From an archaeon (GTDB taxonomy: Archaea > Nanobdellota > Nanobdellia > Pacearchaeales > GW2011-AR1), in contig JABHWZ010000002.1 of assembly GCA_018657525.1 (NCBI GenBank), forward strand, positions 84,590 through 148,589: a stretch of 64,000 nt of DNA, in the 5' to 3' direction. Shown here in pieces: positions 59,371 through 64,000 of this stretch (position 1 is its first letter; each line of letters opens with the position of its first letter). A model generated the notes under the pieces. That model was not told the origin of the DNA, searched no databases, and was given only the letters and a program-made list of their open reading frames with translations. A program made the translations under genes and the position numbers.

Positions 59371-59946
59371 TTATTTAATTCCAATTATTTTCAATAAAAA
59401 TTCATCAACCAGCTTTACTAAATCTGAACTATTCCCCTCAATAAACACACAATTTTCTTCTTGCTTAATTGAATTCTCTTCTGTTTCAGAAATTATAATA
59501 AAATTATTCGAACAATTTTTTATGGGCAAATCTTCTTCACATTCTGTTCCTTCCAGACAAGCAAGTTGAATTCTTTGGGCCACATTATTCATATTAATAT
59601 AAACTTCTGAAAGAGCATCATTTTCTGAAGATGAAATGTATAAGGGTTTATTTTCATAGACTCCAATGGAATTCAACAATGAATTCTCTAGACCAGATAT
59701 TTCATTAGGATTTGTCTTAAAGCCAAATTGTCTACCTTCTTTCTCAACAATCCATAAACCATTATTTAAAATAAATTCATGTCCCCCATAATTTATTTGT
59801 GTTTGAATAGAAGAATCTTCCCCCTTATCATAAAAACTATATCCAATCGTCCCAAGAAACATTATTGAAATAAGCACGACCCCAATAATCAAATTGTTCC
59901 GCTCTTGTTTTTTCGCCCGGTTCTCTTTACTAATTAATTTTCTCAT
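59371..59946 (-). CDS. hypothetical membrane-anchored extracytoplasmic protein (191 aa)
   Basis: An N-terminal signal anchor (LIIGVVLISIMFLGTIGY) followed by a soluble domain. Confidence 0.5.
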   Translation of the reverse strand: MRKLISKENRAKKQERNNLIIGVVLISIMFLGTIGYSFYDKGEDSSIQTQINYGGHEFILNNGLWIVEKEGRQFGFKTNPNEISGLENSLLNSIGVYENKPLYISSSENDALSEVYINMNNVAQRIQLACLEGTECEEDLPIKNCSNNFIIISETEENSIKQEENCVFIEGNSSDLVKLVDEFLLKIIGIK

Positions 59947-59980
59947 AAATAAACAATTCTATAAATCTTTTTAAATACTT

Positions 59981-60223
59981 TTATTGTTGTTTTTTGTGGT
60001 ACAATCCCAAGATATAGATTAAATCTTTATTAATAATTAAATAAGAAAGTCTAAATGGTTTAATGTAAAGTTCTCTTGTCCCTTTTCTAACATTTCTCAT
60101 TGGTTTTCCAACTTCAGGATTATCTGATATTTTTTTAATTTGCTTTTGAATTTTTGTTCTAATAAAATTGTCTAACTTAGAAAAAATTTCAACAAATTTT
60201 TTATCAAAACGTATTTCTACCAT
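59981..60223 (-). CDS. RelE/ParE-family toxin
   Basis: 80 aa. ...ISDNPEVGKPMRNVRKGTRELYIKPFRLSYLI...IYILGLYHK is the RelE/ParE pattern. It overlaps the upstream antitoxin by 7 nt. Confidence 0.7.
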   Translation of the reverse strand: MVEIRFDKKFVEIFSKLDNFIRTKIQKQIKKISDNPEVGKPMRNVRKGTRELYIKPFRLSYLIINKDLIYILGLYHKKQQ

Positions 60224-60477
60224 TTTAACATTTCATCAAGATTTTCAGAATCAATACTAACAAACTCCCCAGTTTCAATTCTCTTGTGTGCTTCTTCAGT
60301 TCTTTTTGCAAATTCCAAATCTTCCTCGATATTATCTGCAAAATCCTCTACTTTTTTAAGAATTATCTGCTTATCATTTCTTATCACAATTAATTTGTCT
60401 CCTTCATTAAAATCTTTTCTAAGTGATTGAGGGATAACAACCTGCCCCCTTGAACTTACTTTTGTAATTTCTATCAT
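60217..60477 (-). CDS. AbrB/SpoVT (MazE-like) family antitoxin
   Basis: ITKVSSRGQVVIPQSLRKDF is the swapped-hairpin AbrB motif. Confidence 0.75.
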   Translation of the reverse strand: MIEITKVSSRGQVVIPQSLRKDFNEGDKLIVIRNDKQIILKKVEDFADNIEEDLEFAKRTEEAHKRIETGEFVSIDSENLDEMLKW

Positions 60478-60496
60478 AGTAAGATTAATCTTACTA
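60477..60496. promoter_or_regulatory. perfect 20-bp palindrome TAGTAAGATTAATCTTACTA abutting the antitoxin start codon (candidate operator)
   Basis: The sequence is exactly self-complementary. It lies between a TATA-like ATTTAAATA and the ATG. Confidence 0.5.
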
Positions 60497-60616
60497 ACTA
60501 TTTAAATCCTCCTACTTTAAAATATCTTTACTAACAATTGAATAAGATAATATCTAAGGCTACCGCCATAACCTTAAAAAAAAAGAAAAATAAAAAAATA
60601 AAAAATTTGTGTGTGT

Positions 60617-63061
60617 TTACATTTCTGTTAGAGTAGATGTTCCTGTAGCTCCAACAACTCCTAGGTAAGATTTACCAGCAGTTGTGTCAACTGTAGCAGG
60701 CATAGTAACTAATCTACTTGCAGCAGCAGCCGTGTCATCTTTTTCATAACCAGCAACAACTAATGCAATTTTTCCAGATGTGAAAGCTCCATCAACACTC
60801 TTAATTAAGTATTGACCTGCTCCAACTCCAGTAGCATCAGTAAATGCAGATCCACAAGTTCCACTAGTAACACCTAATGCAGTCGCAGTAGCCGAGTTAA
60901 TACATGATCCACCAACTAAAACAACATTCTTGGCTTGCCAAGATGCTTTTTCAGCGTCAGTAAATACCATGCTTCCTCCGTTTACAGCAGTACCTGTAGA
61001 ACCAGTTTCAGTTAAGTATACTTTAGCAGATGTTTCCGATGTTCCTGTAGGATAATACACTTCAGCATAATCCTCATCTGGATTAGTGTAATGTAATACT
61101 CTAGGAGCAACTTCTCCTTGCGTAACAACCATATAAGCCTCGTAAGTACTTGTTTCATCTATTTCTAGACCAGTACCTCCACCAGAACCTGCATGATTAA
61201 CCTGAGAAACTTGTAATGCTCCAGTACTTGTATCATCAATAGTTAAATTGAAAATACCTTTACCTAAGTTGTCATCTTTATCTTCATAATCGAAGCTTAA
61301 GAACCAACTAGCTGCACTATATCCTGCAACTGTTCCATTAGTAACGTTTATTGCACCAGGTACTGTCGCAGTATCAACTCCTTCGATAGGCAAGTAAATT
61401 CCCATTCCACCAGCAGTATATAATCTATTAAAGACTACATTTGTACCAGCTGCAATATCTATTGATTCTAAACCTCCTGAAGTGTAATTAACTGCGTTAA
61501 TAGTTAATGTAACATCTCCGATGTCACATGTATCAGCTGCAATTTTTTCCTTACAAACTGTTGTCCATGTCCCATCAACATTCTTTTCAATATCTGTTTC
61601 ATTTCTAGCATTAGTACTATCTTCACTAATTTTAGCTCTCAATAGATAAGATTCTCCTTCAGCAGTCACATTATATGAAGCAACAAAGTACGAGTGATAA
61701 TCATCACCAGTAGAGTTTTTCTCTTGGAATACAAGAGTACTTCCACTTGTAGTAAGCAATCTATCATCCACAGCTTTACCAAGACCAGTAAATTCACCAC
61801 TTGCGTTAGAGAATAATAAGTTTAGACTAACTGTTCCATCTTTGATAGGAGCTGTTAATTCCATACTTGTATCACTATCTTTTGCAACAATGATTTTCTC
61901 CTCTTCACTTCTTTCAAGTTCATTCATAGTAAATTTAACTGCTTCAAAACCAGGCATAACCATCTCTAATTCAGGACTTAAGTAAATCTCTTCGTCAGTC
62001 TTCCACTCTAAAACAATTTTATTGATTTTAGTAGCAGTAGTAGTACCACCCGAAGTTTTATAGACATAACCTTTAATACCTCCGACATTTTCGTCGTTTA
62101 GTTCAATTTCTGAACCATGAGTTATTTCAAGTTTACCTGAACCAATACTAAATGCAGTATTACCTGTTTCACCAGATACTTCTAATTTACTAATATCTCT
62201 TACCCCAATGTAATCTCCGTTGTTAAGTTTATAGCTACTACCCGCTGTAAGTTTTCCACTTGCAGGAGCTCTTTCACCATCAACCATGTAAACAACTTCG
62301 TCAGCATCAATATAACTGATAGAAACTTGATGTCCACTAACTGTAACTGTTTCACCTTCTGAAACTTCACCAACAGCAGCTGAATCTAATAGAGTTAATT
62401 TACCCCATTCAGTAGCAGCAGTTCCGTTTAATAGTTCTGATACGTAATAGCTTCTACCCATTAAAGGAATATCACTTCCTTCAATATCATCAGCACGCGC
62501 ATTAGAATCGATTGATGATTCAGCATCTTGAGTAAAATCAAGAGTATAGTTCATAACATATGTACTCGAACCTAATTTAAAACCAACAGTAGGTGTTTTT
62601 TCATTCAATCCTGCTGCACTTTCATAATCAGAGTCTCTGAAATGTTCAAGTGTAGGAGCACCTAATTCGATTTTTTGTTCATAACTAAATTCGTCGTTAT
62701 CATCTGCAATATATGTACCTTCTGCTAAAAGAGTCGATAATTCATCTTCGTCGATTGTTCCAGTAAAAGTTCCACTCCACGTGTCTCCAATGTTCAAGGC
62801 ATCACTTGGCTTTGCAAGTAATACACTGTCTCCAGAAGGAGCACCTGTAGTAGGCATCTGACTAGCTAAGTAACTAGCAATACTATTTGCTTGAGTTGCG
62901 TCCATAGCATCTGCACCAGCACCATAAACAACAGCAGTACCCGAAGTACCAGCAGCCTTAAATGGAGCAGGGAAAGATCCTGCAGCAGCAACACCCATAG
63001 TCATACCAGTTAATAAAACACTAGAAGCGATTGCACTTATTTTTTTGAAATTAAATTTCAT
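60617..63061 (-). CDS. S-layer protein candidate (814 aa)
   Basis: Signal peptide. N-terminal VVYGAGADAMDATQANSIASYL and C-terminal GKIALVVAGYEKDDTAAAASRL resemble the S_layer_N / S_layer_C blocks of Methanococcales-type S-layer proteins. The protein is Thr/Gly/Ser/Asp-rich, with a codon composition distinct from its neighbours. Confidence 0.65.
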   Translation of the reverse strand: MKFNFKKISAIASSVLLTGMTMGVAAAGSFPAPFKAAGTSGTAVVYGAGADAMDATQANSIASYLASQMPTTGAPSGDSVLLAKPSDALNIGDTWSGTFTGTIDEDELSTLLAEGTYIADDNDEFSYEQKIELGAPTLEHFRDSDYESAAGLNEKTPTVGFKLGSSTYVMNYTLDFTQDAESSIDSNARADDIEGSDIPLMGRSYYVSELLNGTAATEWGKLTLLDSAAVGEVSEGETVTVSGHQVSISYIDADEVVYMVDGERAPASGKLTAGSSYKLNNGDYIGVRDISKLEVSGETGNTAFSIGSGKLEITHGSEIELNDENVGGIKGYVYKTSGGTTTATKINKIVLEWKTDEEIYLSPELEMVMPGFEAVKFTMNELERSEEEKIIVAKDSDTSMELTAPIKDGTVSLNLLFSNASGEFTGLGKAVDDRLLTTSGSTLVFQEKNSTGDDYHSYFVASYNVTAEGESYLLRAKISEDSTNARNETDIEKNVDGTWTTVCKEKIAADTCDIGDVTLTINAVNYTSGGLESIDIAAGTNVVFNRLYTAGGMGIYLPIEGVDTATVPGAINVTNGTVAGYSAASWFLSFDYEDKDDNLGKGIFNLTIDDTSTGALQVSQVNHAGSGGGTGLEIDETSTYEAYMVVTQGEVAPRVLHYTNPDEDYAEVYYPTGTSETSAKVYLTETGSTGTAVNGGSMVFTDAEKASWQAKNVVLVGGSCINSATATALGVTSGTCGSAFTDATGVGAGQYLIKSVDGAFTSGKIALVVAGYEKDDTAAAASRLVTMPATVDTTAGKSYLGVVGATGTSTLTEM

Positions 63062-63240
63062 TCTTTTTTATTTATAACCTCCTTTCACCTCTATCAACTA
63101 TAAGTTGCCTAAGGCAACTCAACCTCAACTCGACCGTTATAGGGCTAAACTTTCCAGTTGAGATGAACATAATCTAACGCCCTATTAGATAACTCAAGGT
63201 GTGAGTTAATTAATAAAATTCATTTTTCTTTATAAAGCTT
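63062..63240 (-). promoter_or_regulatory. long structured 5' leader and TATA box of the S-layer gene
   Basis: TTTATAAA at about 63229-63236, which is about 170 nt upstream of the ATG. There is a GGAGGT SD, a hairpin GTTGCC-TAA-GGCAAC, and two interleaved 7-bp helices. Confidence 0.4.
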
Positions 63241-63517
63241 ATTCAAAGTTTTTTCGGTTCATAGGTAAATCTCTGTCATACTATAAGATTTACTTATAAA
63301 GGTTGCGTTATCACTTCTTAAACAAAACACTATTTATCCTATATAAAATTTTACCTAAACCAAACCTTTATTAACATGTATATCATAAACTTAATATATA
63401 TTATTTAATAATAGATAAGTTTAAAATATATATTGCACATATATATTAGAAAAAAACATATATACTACATCGACGATAAAAAAATAAAACTAAAATAAAA
63501 ATTATCCAGCATATTCA

Positions 63518-63871
63518 ATGGCCAAACAAAAAATAAGAGAAATCACAATAAATGAATCAGGAGGAACTTTTGCAATCCTTAAAAAACCAAAAATTGCAAA
63601 ATCAGATTACGATTTTGAAGGCCTATTATCTTTAAGACAGTTATTGAATAATGAAAAAGCAAGAATTTTACACACTATCAAAGTTGCAAAACCTTCTTCA
63701 ATTTATGCTTTGGCTAAGAAATTAGATCGTAATTTTAAGGCAGTTTTTGATGACATTAAACTTTTGGAGAGATTTGGGTTCATTGAATTATTAGAAGAAA
63801 AAACAAAGAATCGAACTCGCCATAGGCCAGTAGTAATTGTAGATTCTTTGATAATTCAATTTAATGTTTAA
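63518..63871 (+). CDS. putative winged-helix transcriptional regulator (117 aa)
   Basis: KPSSIYALAKKLDRNFKAVFDDIKLLERFGFIEL looks like an HTH plus wing. This is weak. Confidence 0.4.
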   Translation: MAKQKIREITINESGGTFAILKKPKIAKSDYDFEGLLSLRQLLNNEKARILHTIKVAKPSSIYALAKKLDRNFKAVFDDIKLLERFGFIELLEEKTKNRTRHRPVVIVDSLIIQFNV

Positions 63872-64000
63872 TAATAAGCTCTAAATAAAATTTGAACTGA
63901 TCTTCCAGATTGAGTAAAATCTTGCACAGCACCCTTATAATTTTTAGTTAGATTGCCTTTGAAAATCGAAGGAATTAATTCTTGTCCATCCACCTCAATT
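63868..64000 (-). CDS. C-terminal fragment of an unidentified ORF running off the window (...IEVDGQELIPSIFKGNLTKNYKGAVQDFTQSGRSVQILFRAYY)
   Basis: Hand-translated; open to the window edge. Confidence 0.35.
   Translation of the reverse strand, partial: IEVDGQELIPSIFKGNLTKNYKGAVQDFTQSGRSVQILFRAYY

Noticed and set aside
1-64000. Mobile elements (transposase, integrase, reverse transcriptase), rRNA genes, and CRISPR-Cas or other known defence genes.
   Set aside because: None of the translated ORFs shows the corresponding catalytic motifs (DDE, tyrosine recombinase RHRY context, YxDD, Cas signatures). No rRNA-like GC-rich non-coding stretch is present.

Overview
AT-rich archaeal (DPANN-like) chromosomal window with very dense coding and mostly leaderless-looking TATA promoters. 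It holds most of the translation and secretion core. On the minus strand, 7375-22155 carries the L3-to-L15 ribosomal protein super-operon and 34917-37606 carries L1-L10(P0)-L12(P1). On the plus strand lie secE-spt5-L11, tRNA-Pro, L37Ae-rpoP-pfdB, sepF and ftsZ. Also present: secY, a DUF106/YidC-like insertase, pfdA, aIF5A, SUI1, L40e, Taw1, an M50 site-2 protease, an FKBP PPIase, AMP phosphorylase, an eIF-2B-family fragment, an XPD-like helicase, a receiver domain, tRNA-Ser, two toxin-antitoxin-like pairs, a DedA protein, an archaeosortase-like protein, and S-layer/CARDB-like surface proteins.

Headline observation: the canonical ribosomal gene order is intact, but about 15 gene junctions each carry an extra, mutually unrelated small ORF of 57-144 codons. 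Each fills its junction exactly, with ATGA/TAATG overlaps or 0-1 nt gaps. Many carry the Shine-Dalgarno sequence of the downstream r-protein gene in their last codons. At least seven are flanked by direct duplications of the original stop/start junction (up to 19/19 nt), which looks like an insertion footprint. The same signature, a short insertion flanked by 16-30 bp direct repeats, is also seen around tRNA-Ser and at the 3' end of aIF5A.

Other points: secY is displaced and its usual slot after L15 is taken by non-ribosomal genes. There is a truncated receiver-domain remnant, an N-terminally truncated Dph2, an RRM protein (rare in archaea), Lys- or Ala/Glu-rich extensions on several r-proteins, and a surface-protein operon with a tandemly triplicated small membrane protein next to the archaeosortase-like gene. 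No CRISPR array, rRNA or recognisable transposase/integrase was found. All calls come from reading the sequence and ORF translations by eye; no database search was possible.
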